Source of the DNA: a virus
Lineage: Duplodnaviria; Caudoviricetes
Virus record (IMG/VR): IMGVR_UViG_3300044699_000088
Span: 1,414-65,413 of that record
Reading direction: 5' to 3' (one strand)
DNA length: 64,000 bases
Below are positions 1 to 11,864 of this stretch, in pieces. The notes beneath the pieces were generated by a model that was not told where the DNA came from, searched no databases, and saw only the letters and a list, made by a program, of their open reading frames with translations. Positions within the stretch are counted from its first letter, which is position 1, and the number at the start of each line of letters is the position of its first letter. The position numbers and the translations under genes are program-made.

Positions 1-1338
1 AGGATGGAGGGCATTGTGGGTGTGTGTTCGTCGCAAGAGCTCGTGAATCTTGCGCGCGAGATGAAGCGCATAGAGCAGCGGTTGGGCCGTAAACCGGCCA
101 AGCGAGCTGCGCGGTTAAGGGAGGAAATCATGAGGAAGGCCCGACTATGGCTGTGTCCCTCGTGACGAACATCAAGCAGGGCTGGCTTGTCTGGCAATGC
201 CTCAGAGCAGGCCACGATATTCAGGATATGCCGTACCGGTTGCCTCCATGTGATCACTTAAGGAATTCGCCGCGCTCTCAGAAGCCGAGATGGCAGCGAA
301 AGGAGAAGGCAAAGCATTGAGATCAGCACCGACAGCAAAGCAATCAACCGTTAACCGCGGGATGCGTCCCGCTGCACGTGCGATTCAAACGGTCATCGTC
401 CTGACGGTGGGTAACCTGCTAATGGTCATGGGTCAACCGTCGCTGTTGGTGCTGATTTGAGTGCTTCGATCTTTGAAAGTTGAGCATGCGGCAGCACGGA
501 AAGACGTGCCCTGACTGCCCAACCTCGTGGACTAGAACACCGTCCGGACCGTCTGACAGTTGAATCGTCGGGAGCCGGGTAGCGCTGAGTTTAGACGAGA
601 GCGGCCTTGACCGAGCCGGCCAATCCGGCCCGCATGTTCAGCTTTGGAAGATTCGAAAAGGGGGTGATCTGGCCGAGATAACACACGACAACAGAAGTCA
701 ACGATGTTTCGGTACGTGGCGCCTCCGGCTCTGTGCGGGTTGGGGCGCCACAAAGACCACATGATTTCCTGAAGCACGCTCGCCTGCGCTTGCTTGCCTC
801 CAGCGGCATAACAGGTCGGCACAGCGTCCGATTCGCAGGCGGGCTGTTGTTTGAGGAAATCCAATCCATGAAACACAAGACAGGTGCCTTGGAGGCTGAG
901 GCGTGCGGCATGGTGCGCCGGGAGATCCGGCGACAAGGTAATCATCCGCCTTTATGAAATACCGCCGCTTCAGCCTCGAGGGAATCGACGCCATGATCAA
1001 ACGTAAGTATCCGATCCAGCACTTTCGCGATGAATCCCAACCCCGCGCAGATGCTTTGCGGCATTGATGCTATCGACGGGGATCGCACGACCAACCCGCA
1101 AGGGATCAGTTGCAAGGGCTGCAAGGCGGAGTGGCTGCGACGACAGAAGGCGGTGAAGGCATGAGAGAGCTTGATGAACCGTGCATCTGCCGCTACTGCG
1201 GCACAGTACAGGACCTCCGGTATATGGCCGGTTTGCTCTGCTTGCAAGTCGCGGCCTATGTGCATCGGATGCTTAGAAGAGCACGGGACACGTGCGAGAA
1301 CATTTGGGAAGACGACATAGATGAAGAGGCGGTGACAC

Positions 1339-2313
1339 ATGGCTGAAAACACGAGCATCGAGTGGACGCGAGGGCGGACGGTAAACCGGGCGCCACCTGG
1401 AATCCAGTAAGGGGCTGCACTCAGATCGCGCCGGGCTGCGCGCACTGCTACGCCCTTACCTTCGCTGAGCGCTGGCGAGGCGTCGAGGGCCACCCGTACT
1501 GAGCAAGGCTTCGATCCCCGCTTGGTGCCCGAGAAGCTGACGGAGCCATTTAGCTGGAAAAAGCCTCGCCGAGTCTTCGTCAACTCAATGTCCGATCTGT
1601 TCCATGAGTCATTCCCGTTCGAATATATCGCTGCGTGCTTCGGTGTTATGGCGGCTTGTTATTGGCACACGTTTCAAGTCCTGACTAAGCGCGCGGGCCG
1701 TGTGGTTGAATTCTTTCGCTGGGTCGAGGCGAATCACCGCCCTCGGTATAGACATCCAGAGATCATAGAGCACGCCGCGTGTGTGGCTGAGCAGCATAAC
1801 CAAGGTGACGCGGCCGATCGTTTGTTCAGTGCTGCCAATAAGCGTGTCGGGCGAAACCAGTGGCCCTTACCAAACGTTTGGCTTGGGCACTCGATCGCCA
1901 ACAAGACAGATGCTGACAGGGACATTGCAATCTTTCTTGAGAGCCCTGCTGCCGTGCACTTCCTGTCGGTGGAGCCGCTTCTAGGGCCGGTTGATCTTCG
2001 GCCATGGCTCCATGGCCATGAGGACGCCGGGACGCCTCCTCTCGATTGGGTCATCGTCGGCGGAGAGAGCGGGCCAGGAGCTCGGCCATGCAACGTCCAG
2101 TGGATTCGCTCGATTGTTGGACAGTGCAAGGACGCGGGATGTTGCGTGTTTTGTGAAGCAGCTCGGGCTCAGCCTCTGATTGACGTTCGCGATGATCGAA
2201 CAATCAGCGGTTGGCGTAAGCGGCCTTTGCGGGACAGAAAGGGTGGCGACTGGTCCGAGTGGCCGGAAGACCTCCGCATCAGGGAGTTCCCCGAGGTGCC
2301 CGCCAATGGCTGA
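1339..2313 (+). CDS. Phage Gp37/Gp68 (DUF5131) family protein, 5' part frameshifted
   Basis: Starts MAENTSIEWT at 1339; TWNPVRGC..PGCAHCYA, then RRVFVNSMSDLFH, FQVLTKR, FLSVEPLLG, LDWVIVGGESGPGARP, WPEDLRIREFP (ORF 1522-2313). Confidence 0.88.
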
Positions 2314-4811
2314 GCGAGCCTACGAGGTCAGCTACTCGTGTGACTCCTTCGCGCGGTCCAACTGTTCACTTCGGCCCGAATGTGGCCAAGGTACGCTACG
2401 ACGCGCTCTTGGATGCTCGTGAGTGGTGGCAGGACGTCACGTTCCGTGACATCCGAGTGCGATTCATCGGGCTACGCGAAACGCCGGCAGAAAACTGCCG
2501 CTCGCAAGGCGCAGCTCTTCAATCGGCTCTATCCGATCGGGACGCGCGTCGAAGTTCATCCGTTCCTCGACTCCGATGACCGAGCCCGCTGCACGGTAGT
2601 TCGGCCGCCCGGCGCGTTTGTGCTCCCTTCGCATGACTGCGTTGTGAAGGTGCCGGGTGATGCGTACGCCATCGAGGCCGTCTTTCCGATCTGCGAGGTG
2701 AAGTATGGCTGAGCACACGAAGGCCCATCACGCCCCAACAACTATGGCCGTGGAGCTTGCCGCGGAGACGATTGCCAACCATCGCGGAATGCGCCGAGGC
2801 GCTCCACCCATCGCCAACATCGGGGAGTTGATCAAGGCAACCAATCCGAGCATTTGGGCAGAGCTGATCGACGAATGTAGCGCTGCGCTATGGACGGTGG
2901 CCATCAGCGAATGTGAGGTTTGCCGGCAGATGTGATGCGTGCGAGGTGCCCAATGGCTGAGCGAGAGCTTCAGTTCGGCGACATGTTGGAACTGACCGAC
3001 GAGGGGGAGCGCCGCATCGGGCACTTGTGGGGCAAGAGTCCGAAACGTGCGGTGTTCCTTTCATCGGTCGTATACGCCCGCGACCGGCGCATTTGGATCG
3101 TTATGGAGGGCCATTGTGCGGCCGACCGCCACCATCGTGATTGGTACCGTCTCGTCCGCATACCGACAAGGACGCGGAGATCGCCTACCTGCGTTTCTGC
3201 AACGCTGAAACAGTGAAGGCGCTACAGGGCCTAGTGGAATCATTCAAGGGCATGTCCCTGTGCGATGACTGCCTACGGCAACTTACCACCGCAGAAGGCG
3301 CCGCGCTGGCGCAGGCGACACCATCAGCCCCAAAGGAAAGACCATGACCACAATTGAACTGACCGCAATAAACGCCCCACCGGCCGAAGTCGCGCCCGAG
3401 CACCGATCCCTCGAGGCGCTCCTGTACATCCTGGCCACCTTCCCGCCGATTGGCGTTATTGGCCTCCAACTCTCGCGCGTGGAGTCCTTCCGCACGCGAC
3501 GGGTCCAGCGACCAGGCGATCGGAGCGGATAGACTGCGGTTATTTCTGGCTGTGTGCGCTCTTAGTCATGTGGGGGAGTGTGCGGTCTATGTGTCGATCA
3601 AGCCGGAGGACGGAGAGGGAGGTGGTAGAGCGCGCCCGAAATGGATCGCGTAGAGAATTCGATGCCGAAAAGCGGCGTATCAGTGCTCGCCCCCTCCCTG
3701 CCCCTTTCCCGTCACATGAGTACGGACTGATGTGCGAATCCATCCGTGCTGAGTACGCCGCGCCCGCTATACGTTGCCAGTGTCCGGATGAGGCCAGACG
3801 GCCGCGGTGTATGGGACGAGGCGATTCTGGTCAGTACTACTGTGATAAGAGGGGTGGTACGAGTCTAACTACTATAACGAAACGGATTGGGGCGGTGACC
3901 GACCTGGTCCACGCACTGGATGACCGCAGTCCGCAGGACCCGCCGTGGAGTGTGAGACGCAGTGAAGGGAGGAGATGGACAGGGCTGTGGCCACGTTTTG
4001 CCGTGGTAGCGAGGAACTGGTAACCGAGCCGCAGTGGGGCTAGTGCGTGGATAGTTTTGGTGAACACCTGCGGCTGCGGCGCGGCGGTCGCCCGGGGCCG
4101 TACCATGAAGACCGTGGCGGTGGCGCGTAGCGCATGGGAACACCCTGCCCTCTAACGACATCCGAGGGGGTGAAGAGATGGAGTGATGTCAATCTGGAAA
4201 TATGACTCTGACGTATCCGCGAGCTCAACGAACAAGCCCGGATTTAACGCCCCCGGCGAGATCCATTGCAACCGAGTGTCTAGGTCAGTCTAGTGACGAG
4301 GGACGGATACGACAGAGAGCGGCGAAAATCCTAGACGCCAACTGGGGAACAAGAAGTCGGGGCACTGTGCCAAGGGTCCGTCGTTGTGACATGGGTGACA
4401 AATGGATGACTGGGAGGGTGCGCTTGTGTGTGGTGTGGTGGGGGGGGGGGGCGTGAAAGCCCGCATGCGCGGCCTGTAAACGCCTCTGCCCGCTGCATTG
4501 GCCGCGCGCTGCCATGACCTCAGCGCCCGAGAACCGGCTGCGACAAGCGCTCGAGAGCGTGGAGCAGCGCAAGGAGCGGCAGGGCGGGTGGGGCGTTTGC
4601 TGTTCGGAAATGTGCTTGGGGGCCGGCTCTGGGTCAACAACCTCGGGGGGTGGCGCAAGAGGGCCCTAGCGAGGGAAGTTTGCGGTTGTGCGGCCGAGGG
4701 GGTGAGGAATTGTGAACTATGCTCTCTCCTCTATTCATGGCATCGGCGGAATCGATCTGGCTGCTATATTTGGGCGTGCCATTGAGACCGCGGCGGCCTC
4801 GCGAGGGGGCA

Positions 4812-5838
4812 ATGGCCTCGCGTTGTGAAACGTTCGAGCAGAAAGCGTTTTACCACGATTCCCGCTTCGGGGCTGGAGGTCTAGGGCTTGATGCTCCTAA
4901 AAGCCGAGAGATCGGTGCCGCGGCTAATGAGGTGGTGTCACTTGGATGACCAGCTCAATGCCTTGGTATCGGTGTCGGATGGCAGGGATCTGGAAACGGC
5001 CTGCCAGGAGCGGGAAACTTATACGCTGAGTGAGACTGATCTTTTCGTCCCTAATTGGGATAGAGTAATTCTGCGGAAAATGCTCGTTGCGGTGGGGCTC
5101 GTGGGAAGCGCGGTTAAGGGTGGGAGAATCCGAATGGCAGGGGAAACGAAGGGTGCGAGCAGAGATGGCTCGGTAAAGCCAGGGACAAGCAGGTAGCTTT
5201 AGGGCGGTCCACACGGGCTTTTAAGGGGGACGTCCAAAGCAAACCCCATGACGGGGTTATCTGAAAAACCCAAGAGGGGTTATATGGAGAAACCTCCATC
5301 CTGCCTCCTGCTCCTTACTCCTACAGAAGAACCAAGATGAGAGTTTTAAACGCGCGACCCACTGACTTTTTCCGCCGCTGAACGGGTTCTCAAGCAAGCT
5401 CGGAGCGCGAGCAGACCTGAACCCCGCGCCTGCCAGATCAAATCGTCGTCGCATGGCTTGGCGAATACGGCGAAGCTCTAATTCTCGAAACACTTGCGGA
5501 CCTGCGAAGCCTGACTATGGCGGCAAGCATTATCGCTACCTAGAACGGATTCTAACCAACCGGAGAGACCAACCTCCATGAGCGACCCAACAACCGCCGC
5601 AAGCCTGGTCGGAAACGGAACAGGAAGCCGGACTCGATCATCGCCCAAGCGCAAGCGAAGCTCCTGGAAATCCGCCAGCAACTCGACCTCGAGCGGCGAC
5701 TATGGGCTAGAGAAATCGATCCCGTTACCGGCGAACTTGTTCCCCTTGGCGAGGGAAGGAAAGTGCGGTGAGATGTCAGAACCCGCTGCGGCGGAGCGGG
5801 GAACTCAGTGCGCTGACTGTGACGAATATGTGGGCTGA
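4812..5838 (+). pseudogene. Probable phage replication initiator, broken by many indels
   Basis: RBS+ATG at 4812; position directly upstream of DnaC-like gene; low-complexity Pro/Ala/Thr linker-like stretch ~5300-5325; no intact ORF. Confidence 0.35.
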
Positions 5839-5889
5839 GCAGCTCCACGCAAACGCCTTGCGCGATCAAGCCGAGGTCGAGCGACACGG

Positions 5890-6427
5890 TTGGATCGCAG
5901 TGGTCTGCCCATCGATTACCGATCATTCAGGCGGGGTATGGCTAATATCCCGGCTTTGCGAGCTAAGAACGCGTGCCTTTCGCTTGGGGCCGAGTACCGA
6001 GGATTGACTCTAATAGGCCCGCCGAGGACATACAAAACCTCCATCGGCGCCTCCGCTTTAGCTAATGCCATTGCTGCGGGCCAATTGGGATTTTACGTTT
6101 TCGGCCCTGGATCTCATGGCCGAGGTGCAGGCTAGTTACTCACGCAATGATGGAGAGACTCGGTTAGAGATCGTGAGTAAGTTGGTCAAGGTTCCATGCC
6201 TCGTGATCGACGACCTTGGGAAAGAAAAATCATCGGAACACGCGAGCAACGTGTTCTTCCAGGTCTTCGACGGGCGTATAGAGACGCACGAGAAGGTTGG
6301 TTAATCATCAACGAGTCAGTACTTACTCGATGCTCTATGTGACCGTTTCGCCACCCCATGCGAAACAGGCGACGCGATCCGCCGTAGGCTCGCAGAAATG
6401 ACCGTTGTTGTTGAGGTGACCGTATGA
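5890..6427 (+). CDS. DnaC/IstB-like AAA+ helicase loader, frameshifted
   Basis: Walker A GPPRTYKT (ORF 5890), FSALDLMAEVQASY and Walker B CLVIDDLGKEK (ORF 6065), C-terminal AIRRRLAEM..VVEV in a further fragment. Confidence 0.8.
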
Positions 6428-6708
6428 AAGCCGAAGTCATCGAAGACGATCAACTCGAGTACGTCGAGCTCGACACGTCTATCGCGATCGCACTCTCCGA
6501 AGCCAGGTGTCGCGCAGGGCTAACGCAAAAGGAACTTGAGAGTGTTTCCGGCATCCATAGCCGCATCAATTTCCTCATTCGAATCCATGCAGCCTACTGG
6601 AGGACCGGGGCACTACACGGGATACAGGACGCCATCAGCGCGCAGCTTCTTCGTCTCGTGGCGGCATGCGAGGGGGTCGATCCTGGAAATGTTGCTGCGC
6701 GCGGTTGA
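6424..6708 (+). CDS. XRE-family HTH protein (internal frameshift)
   Basis: ALSEARCRAGLTQKELESVSGI / SISSFES HTH_3 pattern split across two frames. Confidence 0.6.
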   Translation: MKAEVIEDDQLEYVELDTSIAIALSEARCRAGLTQKELESVSGIHSRINFLIRIHAAYWRTGALHGIQDAISAQLLRLVAACEGVDPGNVAARG

Positions 6709-6744
6709 CGGCGAAGGCTTCACAGGGGCCCACAGTGAGACGCA

Positions 6745-7236
6745 ATGGTTGTTCATCGCATCGAGTTCCGCTATGTGGACGAGCCGGATATTCGGGGGGA
6801 TCGCGTGACGTTCTCCGCCTCATTCACTATCCCCGGCTGTCCCGTGGCAAAGGGGCGAGCTCGTTCCGTCATCCGGAGGAGCGGCAATCGCTCATTCATC
6901 GGCAACTACACACCCTCGAAGACGCGCCAGGCGGAGGCAACCTTAGCCGCTCGGGTCATGGAGTTTCGGCCAGCGGTGCCAGTGTCTGAGGCGCTCCGTC
7001 TTGCGGTCGTGTTCTACCTGCCAATTCCGCAGAGCTGGTCACAGAAGAAGACCAGCGCGGCATTGAGTCGAGTGCTCCCGCACGTGTCGAGTCCTGATCT
7101 CGACAATCTCGTGAAGCTCGTAAATGACGCACTCAATGGCGTGTTCTGGATCGACGATCGACAAATCATCGCGCTCCACGCGCAGAAGTTTTATTCAGAC
7201 AACCCGCGCACGGTTGTCGAGATTTGGGAGGTTTGA
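6745..7236 (+). CDS. rusA: RusA-family Holliday junction resolvase
   Basis: IPGCPVAKGRAR, YTPSKTR, PDLDNLVKLVNDALNGVFWIDDRQI, KFYSDNPRT. Confidence 0.92.
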   Translation: MVVHRIEFRYVDEPDIRGDRVTFSASFTIPGCPVAKGRARSVIRRSGNRSFIGNYTPSKTRQAEATLAARVMEFRPAVPVSEALRLAVVFYLPIPQSWSQKKTSAALSRVLPHVSSPDLDNLVKLVNDALNGVFWIDDRQIIALHAQKFYSDNPRTVVEIWEV

Positions 7237-8562
7237 ATGAGCGAGAACTACGATCCGAATGGCAGACGCTCTAATGACGAGAAAATTCAGCACGCTATGG
7301 GCCAGGCAAGTCAGTCCGCGATGATGGCATGGCTCGGCATGAATCAGCGTGTCTTCGATGACATGGTACGCTCAATCAGCAAACAGATTCTCAATGCCCT
7401 GCAAGCTGAAGCGGCCAGCGCTTGGCACTCTGGCGTGGGGCATGTGTGGGACAGAAAGCCCGCGGCTCCTGAACCCGCCGAGCCAGCGCCCAACTCAGAC
7501 TCAGGAAGCGAGCGGTATGTGTGCGACGAATGCCTGGTCGGTAGGTACTCCCACCCGCAGCATGTTGCCGATGGCGTGAGGTGCTCGTTTCGGCGAAGCC
7601 CTGATGGTCGGCACTGTGAGTGCAACGCGGCGGTCGAGCAGTCCAGTCTCCCAACGGCGGACGAGCTCCTAGCGGCGATTCCGTCTGGAGACATCGCACC
7701 GCTAGCACGCGAGCCCAAGTGCGAGCGGAAGCATATTGACGATTGTCCTACAGCGGATGAGCCGCCAGCTCCTGGTCTCGCCAAGAAGCTCTTCGACCGC
7801 TTTTATCGCACCCCAAATGAGCGAGCCAACGAATTCTTCCGGAGCCCTGTGGAAAGCGACGACGGGAAGCATCCGCTCGATTTGGCGAAGGCTGAACTTG
7901 AGGCCGCGACCACGAGGAATGGTCAGCGATACGATTGCACCGTGCCGACCGGCACCGAGACCAGGTGGAATATCAATGTCGTGCCTGGAGAAGAAGGGCC
8001 GCCTCGGGACACGCCAGTTCAGCAGCAGGCGCCACAAGACCGCTGTAAGGCATGCGGTTGGTGTCCGCCCGATGACGACAATAAGCTCAGCGTGACGAGC
8101 GAAGGGGTGATGCTGTGCGGCGCATGCGCGCGGGTACTAAGCGCCGAACGCGACTACCACAGGGAGTCCGCTGGCAGACTTGCTGATGCTCGCAAGGAGA
8201 TGGTGCAGGTCAAGGCCGAGCGCGAAAAATACAAGGCGGAGGCGGCCGATCTCGCCGAGAGGCTGAAGATCACAAGCGAAGCATACACGAGTCAAATCTT
8301 CACAAACGCTAAGCTGATAGACGAGCGCGACCGGTACAAAGCGGTAGTTAGCGAGCGATGCCGCGAGCTAGACAGGTGGCGCGAGCGCGAAGCCGCCGTC
8401 TGTCCCGAGGATGTTGGATTCGATGAGTACATCAAGGCCCTCATAGAGAACCGCGACAAGTTATCCATCCGGGTCACTGAGGCGGAACAGAAGGTTGCGG
8501 AGCTGATGGCGGAGCGGAATGAGCTCACCGAGCGCCTCGCCAAGGCCGGGCGGATGTCATGA
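7237..8562 (+). CDS. Hypothetical phage protein with Cys clusters and C-terminal coiled coil
   Basis: 441-aa ORF coupled to neighbours; CxxC motifs; heptad-rich C-terminus. Confidence 0.6.
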   Translation: MSENYDPNGRRSNDEKIQHAMGQASQSAMMAWLGMNQRVFDDMVRSISKQILNALQAEAASAWHSGVGHVWDRKPAAPEPAEPAPNSDSGSERYVCDECLVGRYSHPQHVADGVRCSFRRSPDGRHCECNAAVEQSSLPTADELLAAIPSGDIAPLAREPKCERKHIDDCPTADEPPAPGLAKKLFDRFYRTPNERANEFFRSPVESDDGKHPLDLAKAELEAATTRNGQRYDCTVPTGTETRWNINVVPGEEGPPRDTPVQQQAPQDRCKACGWCPPDDDNKLSVTSEGVMLCGACARVLSAERDYHRESAGRLADARKEMVQVKAEREKYKAEAADLAERLKITSEAYTSQIFTNAKLIDERDRYKAVVSERCRELDRWREREAAVCPEDVGFDEYIKALIENRDKLSIRVTEAEQKVAELMAERNELTERLAKAGRMS

Positions 8563-8930
8563 AGCCGATCACGCCGATCGATCCCGGTCAAGAGCTAGGT
8601 CCGACCGAACGCATAGCAGTCCTTTGCGCGCCGGATGTCTGCAAGCACGACCCAAAGCACCCGCCTCTGCCCGTGTTGGTTCTCGGTGACGTGGAGAACG
8701 AGGTCGTTACTCGGTGGCGCCTCACCGACGAAGAACGTGCCGCCGTTGCTGCTGGTGCGGATCTGTGGATATGGCAGACGCTTGGTAGCGGAGGGTTCCC
8801 GCCGATACTGCCGATGTTCCAGGCTCCGCGCGTTGGGTTGTCTTGCCCGCATTGTCGGCATGGAAAAGTACACGATCGTGAGGGCACGCGGTGTCAGTTT
8901 TGTCCGTGTGATACGGGGTGGAAACCATGA
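8559..8930 (+). CDS. Hypothetical phage protein
   Basis: ATGA overlaps; VVTRWRLTDEERAAVAAGADLW; C-terminal Cys cluster. Confidence 0.6.
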   Translation: MKPITPIDPGQELGPTERIAVLCAPDVCKHDPKHPPLPVLVLGDVENEVVTRWRLTDEERAAVAAGADLWIWQTLGSGGFPPILPMFQAPRVGLSCPHCRHGKVHDREGTRCQFCPCDTGWKP

Positions 8931-9307
8931 CGCAGCCTCTAAATTTTCCCGTGTACTTCGCTGACCCTGTGGCATGCGCCAAATGTGGCGCGCCAATCGT
9001 CTTGACGGAACACCTGCAGAAGCAACGGTTAGAAGACCATCAGATTTTTTATTGCCCTATAGGGCATAGCAACTACTGGTTGCAGGAAAACGAGAAAGAA
9101 CGGCTTAAGAAGGAGCTTGCAGCGGTGCTCCGAGAGCGCGATTTCGAGCGCGAGCGTGCCGCGACGAACTACGCGGCTCGGGAGAAAGCGGAACGGAAAC
9201 TGCGGAAGATCGAGCGCAAAGTTTCAGGCGGCGTGTGCCCGTGCTGTAACCGGACGTTTGTTGCGCTCGCCAGACACATGAAAACCAAGCATCCGGAGTT
9301 CACATGA
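8927..9307 (+). CDS. Zinc-finger/coiled-coil protein
   Basis: CAKCG..FYCPIGH N-terminus, coiled coil, C-terminal CPCCNRTF..LARHMKTKHP. Confidence 0.7.
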   Translation: MTQPLNFPVYFADPVACAKCGAPIVLTEHLQKQRLEDHQIFYCPIGHSNYWLQENEKERLKKELAAVLRERDFERERAATNYAAREKAERKLRKIERKVSGGVCPCCNRTFVALARHMKTKHPEFT

Positions 9308-10172
9308 GACGCGCGCTCGTACTGCTCGCGCTTCTATTCGCTTGCCGCCGCGAGACCCCCCACCCCGGCAACGAACAGAGTGCCGGTGACCACCACAACA
9401 ATGGAGGCGCCGGCCACGAGCACCACCATGGCCCCCGAGCCCGCGCCAGCGGTCAAGCCGCCGGAGACGCCCACGCCGCCGGCAGTGCGTCCTGTGGCCT
9501 CGCCCGTGGCCCGACCTAAGCCGCGGCTAGCTACTCTGCGCGTTTTTGCGCCTCAAACGAGTTCGAAAAGCGAGCAGACTTTGGTTGCGACTGGCCCAGC
9601 TCCAAGTGGCCATTGGCTGCCAGGGTAGGGAGTGTGTTGTCGGTGAGCAGTTCTATATCACCGAAGGGGCTGGCGCTGGGCTTTGGGTGTGCGTCGAGCC
9701 GAGGTTGTGGAAGCCTGCGATGGATCTTCCCGCGCCCGCACCGACGTCCGCGCCTCTACTAGCACTTGTGCCGGCGAATGGCGGCAAGCGCCGAGCGGTC
9801 GAGCACCCGAGCAACCCAGACGTGAAGGGGTACGCCGGGTTTCCACTCTCTCAGGGCGAGCCGAAGGACACTCTTGAGTTCAAGATTCTTCGCGATCCGG
9901 TAGATCAATATCCTTGGCACTGGGAGGTTCGCTGGGAGGACCAAGCCGCAGACAACCAGGCTACCGAGGGCGAAACCGGCGCCGAGCCGATCGTCAATGT
10001 GAAAGTGATTATCCCGTCGAAGCGTCCGGACGGTGAAATCTGGATGAGGCAGGGCGACGCGCGCGCGTATCGCATAAAAGTGTGGCGTGAGGGCGTGCTG
10101 GTTCATGACGAACGGGAGTGGGTAGGTACCGTTGATCTTGTTACTCCGCACGCAGTTGAGGCGAAGCCATGA
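9304..10172 (+). CDS. Putative lipoprotein with Pro/Thr-rich linker (two frameshifts)
   Basis: MRRALVLLALLFAC lipobox; pieces 9304/9380/9546 join; internal KRRAVEHP. Confidence 0.55.
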
Positions 10173-10510
10173 GCGTACCGATAGAGGGTCAACACGTCGA
10201 TATTGAGGATATGGAGGGACGCACCGTCGCACGAACATTCCGGTGCCAGACCAATGTGGCTATCGGGTTTACCGATGGCACCTTTGTGGCGTTCCGTATC
10301 GAACTCGGATATGAATCGGGCGATGAGAGGCTAGTTGTGGACCAGAGCGCTCCGTCGGACTACGCGTTGCGCAAGCTGGGGCTGATTACCGATGATGAGT
10401 TCCATCGTCGTCGTGATGAAAGAAGTCGGCTGGAGCTGGAGCGTCGCGAGCGTATGGATCGCGAAACGTACGAGCGTTTAAAGAAGCGGTTTGGTGAGGT
10501 GAAGCCATGA
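10169..10510 (+). CDS. Hypothetical phage protein
   Basis: ATGA-coupled 113-aa ORF. Confidence 0.6.
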   Translation: MSVPIEGQHVDIEDMEGRTVARTFRCQTNVAIGFTDGTFVAFRIELGYESGDERLVVDQSAPSDYALRKLGLITDDEFHRRRDERSRLELERRERMDRETYERLKKRFGEVKP

Positions 10511-10977
10511 AGAGGTGGAAGCGCCGCCAGAATGGCCAGCAAATCGCGCGACTACAAGACCGACACGTGGCGGCGATCGCCGCAGAGCAACGTGCCCATG
10601 CTAGACGACTCACCCAGCTCCGGAACGAACAAGAAGCTGAACTGCAGAAACTGCGCTGTCAGATGGCGCCTATTATCGACAAGCTGATAGACGTGCGTGT
10701 AGACGCGCCGGTACATCGCTACCGGGTGCCGGCGCCGCTTGCCACTAAACCGAATCGCGTTTGGCATGTTCTTGAAGAGGAAGAGAAAAAGGTCTATACC
10801 CGGAAGAATTACAGCATTTGTATTGATATCGCGCCGGATCTCTTCATGTACTCCGTTGGGAGTGGCGGAGTCGATCTAGCTATTCGTCACGTGGCGCGCC
10901 GCGCCGAGGACATTGTTTATCACGAGCTGACGAAGCTAAACAGTCAAGGGCCGGAGGCGAAGGAGATGAAACCATGA
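10507..10977 (+). CDS. Hypothetical phage protein
   Basis: ATGA-coupled 156-aa ORF. Confidence 0.55.
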   Translation: MKRWKRRQNGQQIARLQDRHVAAIAAEQRAHARRLTQLRNEQEAELQKLRCQMAPIIDKLIDVRVDAPVHRYRVPAPLATKPNRVWHVLEEEEKKVYTRKNYSICIDIAPDLFMYSVGSGGVDLAIRHVARRAEDIVYHELTKLNSQGPEAKEMKP

Positions 10978-11201
10978 AGCCAGTCGGAACGATCATCTGT
11001 CGCCGGCCTGTCTTCGCTTCGTGTCGGTACTGCTCACGGCAAAGCACAAAGCTCTGTGATTTCCCGGTAGTGAGGGATGGCAAGCCGGGAACGTGCGACA
11101 CGCGTCTCTGTGACCGTTGCGCTATGCCGGCCGGTAAGTCTATCGATTATTGCAAGCCTCACTCGGCTGTGATGATGCGGAAAGATCAGGAGGGCCAATG
11201 A
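10974..11201 (+). CDS. Small Cys-rich zinc-binding protein
   Basis: CRYC..KLCDFP..TCDTRLCDRCA..DYCKPH. Confidence 0.65.
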   Translation: MKPVGTIICRRPVFASCRYCSRQSTKLCDFPVVRDGKPGTCDTRLCDRCAMPAGKSIDYCKPHSAVMMRKDQEGQ

Positions 11202-11457
11202 GAGTATCTCTCAGCTTCGAAGATCGTTTGATTCTCGGATACTTCCTTCTGGCCCGCGCAACAGCATGCCGGAAGCACGCAAACAGCGGCAAGGCGTCCG
11301 CGGATGTGGCGGAGCTTACGAGCGAAGCGGAACACCATGAGGCGCTTGTTGAGCGTCTGATGCTGCCGCAGCCGGCGCCATCCCCTACGTTCGAGACGAA
11401 CCGGCCGGCAGTTAATCGGCCGCCGATCAGCACAGATCCCGGCGAGGAGACACTAAC

Positions 11458-11844
11458 GTGAAAGCGGCTGGCATCTCGGCGCTGCTCCTCCTCGTTGGAT
11501 GGCTCACATGGTGGTGTGTCGCTGATTACCAATCGGGCGAGGATGCTGTCTTTACAGCTCACGTCACGGGCAAGCGATTCGTGCCGGAGTCCTCTACAAC
11601 GAACTGCTACACGGATAGCAACCGGCACCTTCAGTGCAATACGACGCATCACCCCGCCGAGTATCACGTTTACACGTCTGAGCGTGATGGCACTGTAGGC
11701 GACTTCAACGACGCATGGGCTTGGAGCAACTTGCGGGACGGCGATCCCTGCTACATCAAATGCCGCATTGGCGGTCGGTCCAAGCGTCGATGGTTCGCGC
11801 GGATTGAATCGAAGCGAATCAGCAAGACGAACAGCGATTGGTAA
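11458..11844 (+). CDS. Membrane-anchored hypothetical protein
   Basis: N-terminal hydrophobic helix; GTG start overlapping upstream stop; RBS GAGGAG. Confidence 0.6.
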   Translation: MKAAGISALLLLVGWLTWWCVADYQSGEDAVFTAHVTGKRFVPESSTTNCYTDSNRHLQCNTTHHPAEYHVYTSERDGTVGDFNDAWAWSNLRDGDPCYIKCRIGGRSKRRWFARIESKRISKTNSDW

Positions 11845-11864
11845 ACGAGAAAGGAGAACGAAAA

